Positions 45,930 to 55,537 of a stretch of 64,000 bases of DNA are shown here, one piece after another (position 1 is the first letter of the stretch; the number at the start of each line of letters is the position of its first letter). Origin of the DNA: a virus. Location of the stretch: IMG/VR virus record IMGVR_UViG_3300022934_000003; one strand, given 5' to 3'. A program made the position numbers and the translations under genes. Below the pieces are notes generated by a model. That model did not search any database and had not been told where the DNA came from. It saw only the letters and a program-made list of their open reading frames with translations.

Positions 45930-46958
45930 CTATGCTTTTAACCAGCGGTCATTTTTAAGTGTCCACTCAACTACCTCTGCAATTCTATCTCTTACTGGAA
46001 CTGGTTCCCAACCAAATAAATCTTTCATACGATCACCACTCATTGCATAACGTAAGTCATGTCCAGGACGTGCTGAATGAAAATCTACCATTTCATACTT
46101 GAGTTCTTTACCTTGCGCCTCCGCAATAATTTTTGCAAGATCAAGATTACTTAATTCTTCGCCACCTACAATATTATATTTTTGAGCTCTAATTCCAGAG
46201 TTATCATTAATTGGTTGATGTACATCATTCTCTAAAAGTACCATCATTGCATCTGCAACATCAGCAGCATGAATATAATGACGAGAGCCTGCAACAGTTT
46301 TAGATGGATCACTATGAATAGTAACTACCTCACCATCGCGAGCACGTTTAATACACATTGGAATAAACTTTTCAGGATGTTGACGCTCACCAAATACGTT
46401 CATTGTATGACTAATAATCATAGGCATTTTATAAGTATTTTCAAAAGCAACTGCTAATTCTTCAGCTCCTGCTTTAGTAGCACTATATGGATTGGTTGAA
46501 TTATAACGAGCATATTCATCATATTTAATACCATTAGGAGCAGGGCCAAATACTTCATCTGTACTAAAGTAAATAAACTTTTCTAGACTATCAAGATGAC
46601 GACCATAATTTAAAATATTACAAGTACCAACGACATTATCCATTACAAATTCTTCTGGGAAAGTAATAGAACGATCTACGTGTGAACCAGCAGCCATATG
46701 AACAACATAATCAATGCGTCCAATGTCTGCTACAATCATAGGATTAAGTTCGGCTTTAAGATCATGATAAACGATTTTTACTCTTTTCTTTTGATCTGCT
46801 GGTAGATCATTTAGTATATCATGTAGACGGTTAAGATTGCCACTGTAATCTAAACGATCTAGTGATACAACTTCCCAATCTGTTCTGCGTAAAATTTCGT
46901 TGATGGCGTGGTGAGCAATAAATCCTGCGCCGCCCGTAATAAGAACCCTTTTTGACAT
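45930..46958 (-). CDS. dTDP-glucose 4,6-dehydratase-like extended SDR
   Basis: TGGAGFI, AAGSHVDRSI, STDEV, PYSATKA, RPGHDLRY. Confidence 0.92.
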   Translation of the reverse strand: MSKRVLITGGAGFIAHHAINEILRRTDWEVVSLDRLDYSGNLNRLHDILNDLPADQKKRVKIVYHDLKAELNPMIVADIGRIDYVVHMAAGSHVDRSITFPEEFVMDNVVGTCNILNYGRHLDSLEKFIYFSTDEVFGPAPNGIKYDEYARYNSTNPYSATKAGAEELAVAFENTYKMPMIISHTMNVFGERQHPEKFIPMCIKRARDGEVVTIHSDPSKTVAGSRHYIHAADVADAMMVLLENDVHQPINDNSGIRAQKYNIVGGEELSNLDLAKIIAEAQGKELKYEMVDFHSARPGHDLRYAMSGDRMKDLFGWEPVPVRDRIAEVVEWTLKNDRWLKA

Positions 46959-47000
46959 TATATCTCCTTCATCAATAACATTGTATATATTTTTATTTAT

Positions 47001-47474
47001 CTATTTTAACCAGCCTATTTTTTCTCCGGCTTTAATTCTTCTTTCTGCTTCTGCTTGAGATCCAGGATAACGAGATGCCCAAACAACAATTGCTGAGAAT
47101 AACATAAACATCCAGAATACTGCTTTTTCATTTCCAGTAGTATAGTAAGTAATACCTAAAGATGAAAGCATTACTGTAACCATAAAAAATTTTGCATAGG
47201 TTGGATATACTCTATGCTTAGACCAGTTTTTAATAAACGGACCAAACTTTGGATGATTTAAAATGAAATCATGAAATTTTTTGCTAGACTTCGCAAAACA
47301 AAATGCTGCTCCTAAAGCAGGAGTACTCCAAGGCAAGCCTGGTAATATTACACCAAGATATGCAACTCCCAATAAAATAATTCCAAGTGTAAACCAAATG
47401 GCTTTTTTAATTTTTTCCATAACTGTTCCTTTCTTTCTCAATCTAGAGAAAAAAGCATTCTCAAGTTGATTCAT
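47001..47474 (-). CDS. YbaN/DUF454 inner-membrane protein (start probably MEKIKK)
   Basis: G..LPGLP.ST..L.A..CFAKSS..FH..I.NHP.FGP. Confidence 0.8.
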   Translation of the reverse strand: MNQLENAFFSRLRKKGTVMEKIKKAIWFTLGIILLGVAYLGVILPGLPWSTPALGAAFCFAKSSKKFHDFILNHPKFGPFIKNWSKHRVYPTYAKFFMVTVMLSSLGITYYTTGNEKAVFWMFMLFSAIVVWASRYPGSQAEAERRIKAGEKIGWLK

Positions 47475-47481
47475 TTATTTA

Positions 47482-47700
47482 TTAACTTAATTTGTCTCTT
47501 AGATCAGTAAACCCACCAATTGCCTCACCGTCCATCATAATTTGTGGAACTGTTTTTGCGCCTGGAAATTTTTCCAATAATTCAGATTTAGTATAATCTA
47601 CATCCATTTGTTTATATGTATAATCAAGTCCTTTTGCTTCACATAAATTTTTTGCTTGAACACAAAATGGACAACTATCTCTACCGTAAATTTCTATCAT
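47482..47700 (-). CDS. glutaredoxin (NrdC-like)
   Basis: CPFC, TVPQI, IGGF. Confidence 0.93.
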   Translation of the reverse strand: MIEIYGRDSCPFCVQAKNLCEAKGLDYTYKQMDVDYTKSELLEKFPGAKTVPQIMMDGEAIGGFTDLRDKLS

Positions 47701-48824
47701 AATGAAAATCCTTTAAATGTATCTGTTGAAACGTCTTGTTTAGTACCACCTTGAATATAAGAAGTAATTTCAGTTTCTTGTGGAGCAACTTGTACTTCAC
47801 CGCCTGAAATCCACTTTTGAGTCCAAGGTAATGGGTTATTCTTCTGGCTATATGGAGAATCTAATTTGATATTAGTCATTCGACGTGTAGCAATATATTC
47901 AATATATTGGCCAAGAAGTTCTGCATTCAAACCAATCATTGATCCATCTTTAAATAGATATTCAGCCCATCTTTTTTCTTGATCGACTGCATCAACAAAC
48001 ATTTGAATACATTCTTTATTAGTTTCTTTTGCAATCTTTTCAAAGTCTTTATCTTCTTTTTGAAGTAACTTAAGCATTGCTTGAGTAGAAGCAAGATGGA
48101 GATTTTCATCTCTTGCAATTAATTTAATAATTTTTGCATTACCTTCCATCTTTTTCAATTCTGCAAATGCCCAAGAACATGCAAATGAAACATAAAAGCG
48201 AACACCTTCGAGAATATTTACACTCATAAGTGTTAGCCATAATTTCTTTTTTAATTCATACTTATCTATTTTTATAACATGATTATTGACGTTATGTTTA
48301 CCTTCACCAAGTAAATTATACCACTGAGACATTTCAATAAGTTCATCATAATGCTTAGAAATATCATTAGCACAATTTGCGATTTCTTGTATATCTAGCA
48401 TTTCATCAAATACTTTTGATGGATTAGAATAGATATTACGAATAATATGAGTATATGATCTTGAATGAATTGTTTCAGAGAATGTCCAAGTAATAATCCA
48501 GTTTTCAAGTTCTGGTAACGAAACAATAGAGCCAAATGCTTCTGCCGGAGCTCTACCTTGTACACTATCTAATAATATTTGTCTTTTAAGATTTGATGTA
48601 AAAATATGTTGTTCAAACGGAGTTAATGATTTGAAATCTTTAGCGTCATTGTAAATATCAACTTCTTCTGGTCTCCAAAAGAAACCTAATTGCTTATCAG
48701 TAAGACCATCAAACTGTTTATATCTTAGTGTATCGTAACGTTGTAAAGTTGGTCCTCCTGATGGGTCCAAGAATGATGCTACAGATGTATGATCTGCTCT
48801 GTTATTAACATTAAAAACACTCAT
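47697..48824 (-). CDS. nrdB: ribonucleotide reductase class Ia beta subunit
   Basis: FFWRPEE, ETIHSRSY, EGVRFY, RDENLH, VAPQE.E. Confidence 0.97.
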   Translation of the reverse strand: MSVFNVNNRADHTSVASFLDPSGGPTLQRYDTLRYKQFDGLTDKQLGFFWRPEEVDIYNDAKDFKSLTPFEQHIFTSNLKRQILLDSVQGRAPAEAFGSIVSLPELENWIITWTFSETIHSRSYTHIIRNIYSNPSKVFDEMLDIQEIANCANDISKHYDELIEMSQWYNLLGEGKHNVNNHVIKIDKYELKKKLWLTLMSVNILEGVRFYVSFACSWAFAELKKMEGNAKIIKLIARDENLHLASTQAMLKLLQKEDKDFEKIAKETNKECIQMFVDAVDQEKRWAEYLFKDGSMIGLNAELLGQYIEYIATRRMTNIKLDSPYSQKNNPLPWTQKWISGGEVQVAPQETEITSYIQGGTKQDVSTDTFKGFSL

Positions 48825-48833
48825 TAAATTTCC

Positions 48834-51146
48834 TTAAATTGTACAACTATCGCAGTGTGAATCATCTTCTTCCCCAGTTGGAAGATCTGTTAATTGATCA
48901 GTATCAATTTCACCTTGACCATCATATGTATTAAAATAATATAATTGCTTACCACCATACTTATAAAACATAAGTAAATGCTGTAATAATATACTCATTG
49001 GAATCTTTTCGTCTTCAAAGTAAGTAGGATTATAACTTGTATTAACACTAATACCTTGATCGATATACTTTTGCAATACTGCCATAATTTTAATATATCC
49101 TTCAGGTGACTTTTGATCCCATAATAAATCATATTTATTTTTTAGATGTCTATACTCTGGAACAACTTGCTTAAGAACGCCATGTTTAGATTGTTTAACA
49201 GAAATAAGAGAACGTGGTGGTTCAATACCGTTTGTTGCATTAGCAATTTGAGCAGACGTTTCTGCAGGCATAAGAGCCATTAGTGTAGAATTACGAATAC
49301 CAGTTTTCTTTAATTGTTTACGTAATTGTTTCCAAGGCATACGTTCTTTATGCGGAATCAATTCATCTAAATCTTTTTTATATGTCATATTTGGAGTAAT
49401 ACCATGTCCATATTTAGTTTGCATTAATCCAGGAATAGCTCCTTGCTCTTCTGCCAGATCTGCCGAAGCTTTAATAAGATAATATGACCAAGCTTCTGCC
49501 CATTCATCTACTATCTGTAGGCCTTCAGAATCAATATCCTGATAGTTTAATCCTTGCTTGGCTAACCAATAGGCAAAGTTAATAATCCCTACTCCAATAG
49601 GTCTACGTTTTTCTGTGGACATTTGAGCAGCAATTACTGGATAATTTTGATAACTTAATAGAGCATCAAGACCACGTACTGCTAAACAACATGCTTTTTC
49701 AAAATCTTCGGGATGTTTAATATTACCCCAGTTGATTGCTGATAAAGTACATAAAGAGATTTCGCCTGATGCATCATTAGCACTATTTAATGGTTTTGTT
49801 GGTAAATCAATTTCTGCACATAAATTTGATTGGCGAATTGGAGCAACTTCTGGTAAAAAACTTCCGTGTTCATTTGCATTATCTACGTTTTGCAAATATA
49901 TACGTCCGGTATTTTTACGCTCTTCCATAAATGTAGAAAACAATTCAATTGCTTTAACACGCTTTCTGCGAATATGAGTATTACGTTCTGCTGTTTCATA
50001 CAATTCACGGAATTTATCTTGATCAGAATAAAATGCATCATATAATCCAGGAACATCTGATGGAGAAAATAATGTAATCTTTTTACCTTCAATCAGTCGT
50101 TCATAAAAGAGTTTATTAAATTGTACTCCATAATCCATATGACGCACACGATTGTCTTCAGTACCTTTATTATTTTTTAATACAAGAAGATCTTCTACTT
50201 CATAATGCCAAATAGGATAATAGATTGTAGCAGCACCACCTCTAACACCACCTTGTGAGCACGATTTCGTGGCTGCCTGAAACATTTTATAAAAAGGTAT
50301 AATACCAGTATGATAAGCATCACCTTTACGAATAGGTGAACCTATGGCACGGATTTTACCACCACCAATACCAATACCAGCTTTTTGACTTACATATTTG
50401 ACAATACTACTTGAAGTAGCATTAATACTGTCGAGACTATCGTCACTTTCAATAAGAACACAACTTGAGAATTGGCGCATCGGTGTTCTAACACCTGCCA
50501 TAACAGGAGTAGGTAAAGAGATATCGTGAAGACTAATAGCATCATAGTAATCTTTAACGTATTGTAAACGTTCCTCTTCTGGATAATTATGGAATAGAGT
50601 AGCAGCGATAAGCATATAACACATTTGTGGTGTTTCAAAAATTTCGCCAGTTACTCTGTTTTGAACTAAATACTTACCTCGCAATTGTTCCATTGCAACA
50701 TAAGTCAAGTTTTCGTCTCTGTCGTGTTTAATATAATGTTCTAATTTAGCCCATTCAAAATCGGAATAATAGGTAATTAATTCAGGATCGTAAAAACCTC
50801 TTTCAATATTTTTTTCAACAAGTTCTTTGATAGTACAAGGCTTAAAAGAACCATATACTTCTTTACGTAAGTTATAATTAATTAATCGACCACCGACAAA
50901 TTGATAATTTGGTGTATCTTCTGATATCAAATCTGCTGCTGCTTTAACGAGGGTCTCCTGAATTTCAGAAGTTTTCATGCCCTCAAAGAATTGGATTTGA
51001 CTATTGATTTCCACTTCACTTGGACTAACACCTGTGATACCATCACAAGCATAAAATACTACTTTATGTAGTTTCTCAACGTCGAGCTCTTCTTTTCGCC
51101 CGTCACGTTTAGTAACTTGAATCATACCTATACTTCCCTTTTTCAA
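48834..51146 (-). CDS. nrdA: ribonucleotide reductase class Ia alpha subunit with ATP cone (start probably MIQVTKRDG at 51125)
   Basis: VTKRDG ATP cone, QFSSC, SNLCAEI, LYY, C-terminal CDSC. Confidence 0.97.
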   Translation of the reverse strand: MKKGSIGMIQVTKRDGRKEELDVEKLHKVVFYACDGITGVSPSEVEINSQIQFFEGMKTSEIQETLVKAAADLISEDTPNYQFVGGRLINYNLRKEVYGSFKPCTIKELVEKNIERGFYDPELITYYSDFEWAKLEHYIKHDRDENLTYVAMEQLRGKYLVQNRVTGEIFETPQMCYMLIAATLFHNYPEEERLQYVKDYYDAISLHDISLPTPVMAGVRTPMRQFSSCVLIESDDSLDSINATSSSIVKYVSQKAGIGIGGGKIRAIGSPIRKGDAYHTGIIPFYKMFQAATKSCSQGGVRGGAATIYYPIWHYEVEDLLVLKNNKGTEDNRVRHMDYGVQFNKLFYERLIEGKKITLFSPSDVPGLYDAFYSDQDKFRELYETAERNTHIRRKRVKAIELFSTFMEERKNTGRIYLQNVDNANEHGSFLPEVAPIRQSNLCAEIDLPTKPLNSANDASGEISLCTLSAINWGNIKHPEDFEKACCLAVRGLDALLSYQNYPVIAAQMSTEKRRPIGVGIINFAYWLAKQGLNYQDIDSEGLQIVDEWAEAWSYYLIKASADLAEEQGAIPGLMQTKYGHGITPNMTYKKDLDELIPHKERMPWKQLRKQLKKTGIRNSTLMALMPAETSAQIANATNGIEPPRSLISVKQSKHGVLKQVVPEYRHLKNKYDLLWDQKSPEGYIKIMAVLQKYIDQGISVNTSYNPTYFEDEKIPMSILLQHLLMFYKYGGKQLYYFNTYDGQGEIDTDQLTDLPTGEEDDSHCDSCTI

Positions 51147-51171
51147 ATAATATAATCATTGGTAAGAATAT

Positions 51172-51867
51172 TTATACATCATATTTTACAAAATCATCAA
51201 TTGTAGGATATATTTTTGTAATTGCTTTACCAATTTCACGCGCTAGTTCCATATGTTCTTTTTGTGTACCATTAGATGAACGAAGCTCAACATAATGAAT
51301 CCAAGAACGAATAGTACCATTAACATATAATTTACTAACGGTATTTCCTTCTGGAAGTACTGCTCTTGCCTGTTCTTTAGCAATTCCATTATTAATTGCC
51401 CAGTCATAGACTGATTTTGTGTAAGCAATTACATTTTCTTGATGTTGTTGCCATGTTATTGCCAAGTCATGACCATTTTCATCTTTTGTTCCTTCAGGAA
51501 CTTCTATACTGTTTTGTCGATTCTTCTCATCTTGCATTCTTGCTTCACGAATAACGAATGACTCATCCATATCTTGAGGATTTGCATATCGTTGACTAAA
51601 CTCTTGGAAAGAAAAAGATCTATGGCGCAATAATTGTCTTGCAATATCTCGTGTAGTCTCTACTTCTATACAAGCTGAAGCCATTTCAAATGGAGACCAA
51701 TGTTTATGTTTAATAAGATAACTTAAAAGTTTTGATGCTGTTTCCGAATTAAGTTGATTAGATGGATTTGAAACTCTTGCAGCATAAGCAATGAGATCTT
51801 CTGGTGTTTCAAGCCCAATAAATTCGTCAGGCGTTGGTTGTGAATATGATATAAGTCTTACTTTCAA
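51172..51867 (-). CDS. thyX: flavin-dependent thymidylate synthase (TTG start)
   Basis: HWSPFE, RQLLRHRSFSFQEFSQRY, EQAR.VLP, TQKEH. Confidence 0.95.
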   Translation of the reverse strand: MKVRLISYSQPTPDEFIGLETPEDLIAYAARVSNPSNQLNSETASKLLSYLIKHKHWSPFEMASACIEVETTRDIARQLLRHRSFSFQEFSQRYANPQDMDESFVIREARMQDEKNRQNSIEVPEGTKDENGHDLAITWQQHQENVIAYTKSVYDWAINNGIAKEQARAVLPEGNTVSKLYVNGTIRSWIHYVELRSSNGTQKEHMELAREIGKAITKIYPTIDDFVKYDV

Positions 51868-51876
51868 TTTTTTCTC

Positions 51877-52893
51877 CTATGTTCTTTTCCATTCAGCGAA
51901 TTTTAATTCAGCCTGAAGTCCTGTATATGTATTGTCATTAATAAGTTTTTCAACATCTTGAACGCCATTTAAGTACATATCATTTATGTCCTTGGCGGGG
52001 ACGTCGTTGGGCCAGATGCATATCTTGTGGCCATTCTTAATAACTTTTTCCATTCTTTTATGTATCTCTTTATTTCTTGGTTCCGCATCAAATACGAAGA
52101 CTGCGTTCTCGAGATGTTTAATATCAGTAGTTGTACCTTCTGCTCCATTCATTGAAATAGCATTAGAAAGAAACATACTATCAAGAGCACCTTCAACTAT
52201 GTAATATTTCTTATTAAAATCAACTTTATCTAATCCAAAAATTTTTTGTCTTTCATCAAACATAATAGTAATGTATCGTATTCCTTTTGGATTAAATCCT
52301 CGTGCAGAAACACCGTATACATTATTTTCTTTATCAACAAAAGGTATTACAAGTCTTGCCTCATCTTTATCTAAATTATCAAATTTATCTGGTATAATTG
52401 AATTAATCCATGTCTTAAACTTTGGAGCAAAAAACATTCGATAATGTTGATTAGACGGTATTTTTCTTTTTACTACGTATTTTTTTACTGGATGGTCAAA
52501 AGATAATTGACTAACTTTTTTTAATGTTTTAAGAGGATTTGCTTTGAAGGTAGGTGCTTTTGTTTTAAATTGCTCTATATCAGTATTTGCAGCTTCTGTT
52601 TTGTTATTCGCATTATTAACAAACTTTTCTGCAATATAATCATTATAAAGTAAAGGATCTAAACTTTTTAAGAAGAAATTAAACCCTTGGCTTGCACCGC
52701 AATTATGACAATAATATGTAAACTTATTATCTCTTTCTAAAAGCCAACCACGAGCCTTAGTGCGTGACTTTTTTGAATCACCACATACAGGACATCTGAA
52801 ATTGATTTTATAAGGATTTGTGTGTTTTATTTTGAATTGCTCAAGTCTACCAGACAGCATTTGAGCATACTGAACATCAACAAAATCAATCAT
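51877..52893 (-). CDS. DNA primase (gp61)
   Basis: Zn ribbon RCPVCGDS..CHNC; TOPRIM VEG.LDS, DINDM. Confidence 0.94.
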   Translation of the reverse strand: MIDFVDVQYAQMLSGRLEQFKIKHTNPYKINFRCPVCGDSKKSRTKARGWLLERDNKFTYYCHNCGASQGFNFFLKSLDPLLYNDYIAEKFVNNANNKTEAANTDIEQFKTKAPTFKANPLKTLKKVSQLSFDHPVKKYVVKRKIPSNQHYRMFFAPKFKTWINSIIPDKFDNLDKDEARLVIPFVDKENNVYGVSARGFNPKGIRYITIMFDERQKIFGLDKVDFNKKYYIVEGALDSMFLSNAISMNGAEGTTTDIKHLENAVFVFDAEPRNKEIHKRMEKVIKNGHKICIWPNDVPAKDINDMYLNGVQDVEKLINDNTYTGLQAELKFAEWKRT

Positions 52894-52922
52894 TGCTTTT
52901 CCACTTTGTACATTATTTAAAT

Positions 52923-52951
52923 ATTATAATCTAATTACTAGAAAATGTCAA
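52923..52951 (-). promoter_or_regulatory. early sigma70-type promoter for primase
   Basis: TTGACA-17-TATAAT. Confidence 0.8.
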
Positions 52952-52954
52952 CTA

Positions 52955-53431
52955 TTATTTGAATATTTCCATACTATGAGTAACTAGCCAAACAACACCA
53001 AGACCAATACCCATTATCCACCATTTCCAATTTTCTAATTCAGATACTCGGCTTTCTATTTTACCAATGCGCGAATCTAATTGGCCGTTCATTTTAGAAA
53101 GTTCAGACATTATTTCTTGATTTCTTAAAATTCTATCTTGACGGCTAGAGTCTGCAAGAATTTGATGATCTTCTCTTGATGATTTGCGATATTCTTCTAA
53201 CCGCTCGTTAATATCATGAGCTCTTTGCTCATCTCTTTCAATATGAGATTGTTGTCTTTCATCCATCTCATCCATTCTCTCAGTAGCATTTTTAACTTGC
53301 TCGGTTAAAACTGCAACGGTTGTAGATAAATCGGCCAGGTTTTGCATGCCTTTTTCTACTCTACCAAATAATGTTTTGACGGCTTTTAAGTCTTTTTGAA
53401 TTAATGCTAATTCAGTATCTTTATCTGACAT
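52955..53431 (-). CDS. coiled-coil protein with C-terminal TM helix (XhlA/holin-like architecture)
   Basis: RVSELENWKWWIMGIGLGVVWLV. Confidence 0.55.
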   Translation of the reverse strand: MSDKDTELALIQKDLKAVKTLFGRVEKGMQNLADLSTTVAVLTEQVKNATERMDEMDERQQSHIERDEQRAHDINERLEEYRKSSREDHQILADSSRQDRILRNQEIMSELSKMNGQLDSRIGKIESRVSELENWKWWIMGIGLGVVWLVTHSMEIFK

Positions 53432-53532
53432 TTATAATCCTTTTATTTAATAATAGGAGAAGAATGTCATAATATTAAGTAGAACCTGGCCATAATTTTT
53501 ATAGCCAGAAATTCTATAGAGTGAAGGGACGA

Positions 53533-53805
53533 TTACTTATCTTCGTCTTCGTCTTCGTCCTCGTCTTCATCATCTTCGTCTTCGTCGTCATCACAATCTT
53601 TTGCTTCGTCTAGATCTTCAGTCGCTTCTGAATCTTCAACGTCAGCATCTTCTGTGACTTCTTCTTCAGCATCTCCTGCTTGCATTTCAGCTACTTTAGC
53701 TTCTAATGCTGCTTGAATGCGCTCTTCGATAGCTTCCTCGAAAGCTTCTTTCATTTCTAGTGGGCGGCCTGCCATCGCTTCCGCTACAATTTTCTCTAAA
53801 GACAT
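53533..53805 (-). CDS. prohead core protein gp67-like
   Basis: Helical N-terminus (KEAFEEAIEERI) plus poly-Asp/Glu tail, as in T4 gp67. Confidence 0.65.
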   Translation of the reverse strand: MSLEKIVAEAMAGRPLEMKEAFEEAIEERIQAALEAKVAEMQAGDAEEEVTEDADVEDSEATEDLDEAKDCDDDEDEDDEDEDEDEDEDK

Positions 53806-53851
53806 GGTTGGTCTCCTTATTAAAATTAATATATTGTGTATTTATTTATAA

Positions 53852-54181
53852 TTATCCAAACATCTTAGCTTGGGTTTCTTCATCTACAATACCTGTTACT
53901 TTCAAACCATTTTCTCTTTGAAAATGTTGTACTGCAACTTGTGTAGCAAAACCAAATCCATCTTCATCAATTCCAAGGATTTTTTGCATTTTATCTACAT
54001 CTGTACCAGAATCATTTCTTTTCATTACTCTGGTTTTAATTTTAGGTGCGGCTTTAGGTGCTGCTTTTTTCTTAGTAGCAGTTTTTGCTCCAGATGTTTT
54101 AGGAACCTTAACACTTTTAATATCATCTGCAACTTCTTTTAATTTTGAACCTAATTTCTTTTTTAATTTACCTTTTGCCAT
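53852..54181 (-). CDS. Lys-rich protein with peptidoglycan-binding domain
   Basis: G.DV..MQ..LG....FG.AT..AV..FQ..NGL.V.GIV. Confidence 0.75.
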   Translation of the reverse strand: MAKGKLKKKLGSKLKEVADDIKSVKVPKTSGAKTATKKKAAPKAAPKIKTRVMKRNDSGTDVDKMQKILGIDEDGFGFATQVAVQHFQRENGLKVTGIVDEETQAKMFG

Positions 54182-54198
54182 TTTTTACTCCTATTATA

Positions 54199-54783
54199 TC
54201 ACACTAATTGAGTATTGTCAACTCTTTTTAGCATGTCTGATAGACTTTTCTTTTTACTTTTGTTTTTAGAAGTCCATCGTTTTTGTGCTGCTTTTGACAT
54301 ATGAGTTCCATCCATGCCAGCAATTTCACCACCACCAACATTATTAGTTGGCTCTTCTTCTAATTCTGGTTTAACTTCAACTTTCTTTTTGGGATTATGC
54401 TCTTCAGCAAGGCCTAGATAATACGAATATTCTTCAATAAATTTAGTTAAAGATTTTTTAATGTCTTCTTCACTAAAATCTTCTGTTAATAAACTATCTT
54501 CATCAGAAAAATGCTTATATTCTTTAATTAAAAATAATGCTGCTGCATAAGAAGCTAAACGAGATTTACCTCCTGGTATTTTACCCAGAAGTTTTTTAAG
54601 ATTAGCAATCATAATATCAAAGATTCCCCAAGCTTTATTTTGAGACCCTTTAGTAAAGTTTTTTCTTTTAATAAGAACTTTACCATTTTTATCTATGATA
54701 CCTTCTTTATACGCATCCCATTTTTCAAATGGCGTAGCTAAACGTCGTATAAATTGATAAACTAAAAATAAATCTACTACCAT
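54199..54783 (-). CDS. conserved T4-like virion-associated hypothetical
   Basis: L.TPF.KW.AY..GIID..G; ASYAAALFLIKE. Confidence 0.65.
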   Translation of the reverse strand: MVVDLFLVYQFIRRLATPFEKWDAYKEGIIDKNGKVLIKRKNFTKGSQNKAWGIFDIMIANLKKLLGKIPGGKSRLASYAAALFLIKEYKHFSDEDSLLTEDFSEEDIKKSLTKFIEEYSYYLGLAEEHNPKKKVEVKPELEEEPTNNVGGGEIAGMDGTHMSKAAQKRWTSKNKSKKKSLSDMLKRVDNTQLV

Positions 54784-55157
54784 TAAAGTTTCCTAAGCGT
54801 TATTGATATATGAGCATCTGACATTATATCATTTCTACTAATTTTTTTATCTTCGTAGATAACATAATCCGGCATACGATTTAAATAAACAACAAACGGT
54901 TTTAAATACGTATGATATTCATGCAATCGCATAAACAGCATATTTGTTGCTGCATTTCCAAATACATTGTATATAATAATCAAATGATTAAGAATTAACC
55001 TTTCTTTTAAATCATTATCTTGTCTATATCTTCCAAATAATTTGCGTAAATACTGAAACCTTTTTAAATCCTCTTCAAACTCTGCTATATCAGAGCAATG
55101 AGGATTATCATAATGTTTCGATGCAAATAACAGAAAGGTTGATTCTGTCAATATCAT
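54783..55157 (-). CDS. conserved T4-like hypothetical
   Basis: YDNP.C....F.EDLKRF.Y; ERLILNH.I..YNVFG. Confidence 0.7.
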   Translation of the reverse strand: MILTESTFLLFASKHYDNPHCSDIAEFEEDLKRFQYLRKLFGRYRQDNDLKERLILNHLIIIYNVFGNAATNMLFMRLHEYHTYLKPFVVYLNRMPDYVIYEDKKISRNDIMSDAHISITLRKL

Positions 55158-55175
55158 AATAATAAAAGCTTAAGT

Positions 55176-55493
55176 TTAACTATCAGCTACAATTGTATCT
55201 TCAACAGCTGTATTACCCGTAACACCAGCGTCACCAGCATCGCCAGAAGAAACTTTCATTGCTACTAATGGCTCAACAATATGACGAGTATTACCAGACT
55301 CGGTTGTATATGTGTTATACAAATTCCAACCTGGAGTCTTAATACCTTTAGCACGGTTACTAGCAATACCTGCTTCTGTTGTATCTACAAAAATAGCATT
55401 ATCTCTGTCGTTAGATTTGTTTGGATTATTAGCGTCAGTGCTTAAATACTTAGGTGCATCATCTGCTGAATCCGTTTTTCCCCAAAGTGCCAT
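55176..55493 (-). CDS. conserved virion-associated hypothetical
   Basis: MALWGKTD; G.KTPGW..Y.TY....G.R...E.LVAM. Confidence 0.65.
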   Translation of the reverse strand: MALWGKTDSADDAPKYLSTDANNPNKSNDRDNAIFVDTTEAGIASNRAKGIKTPGWNLYNTYTTESGNTRHIVEPLVAMKVSSGDAGDAGVTGNTAVEDTIVADS

Positions 55494-55537
55494 TTCCTTC
55501 TCCTTTTATTTAATGACTATTATTATTTATTTAATAA

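Noticed and set aside
48834-51146. Inteins or introns in nrdA (also checked nrdB, gp17, gp20, gp23)
   Set aside because: ORFs are continuous and of normal length
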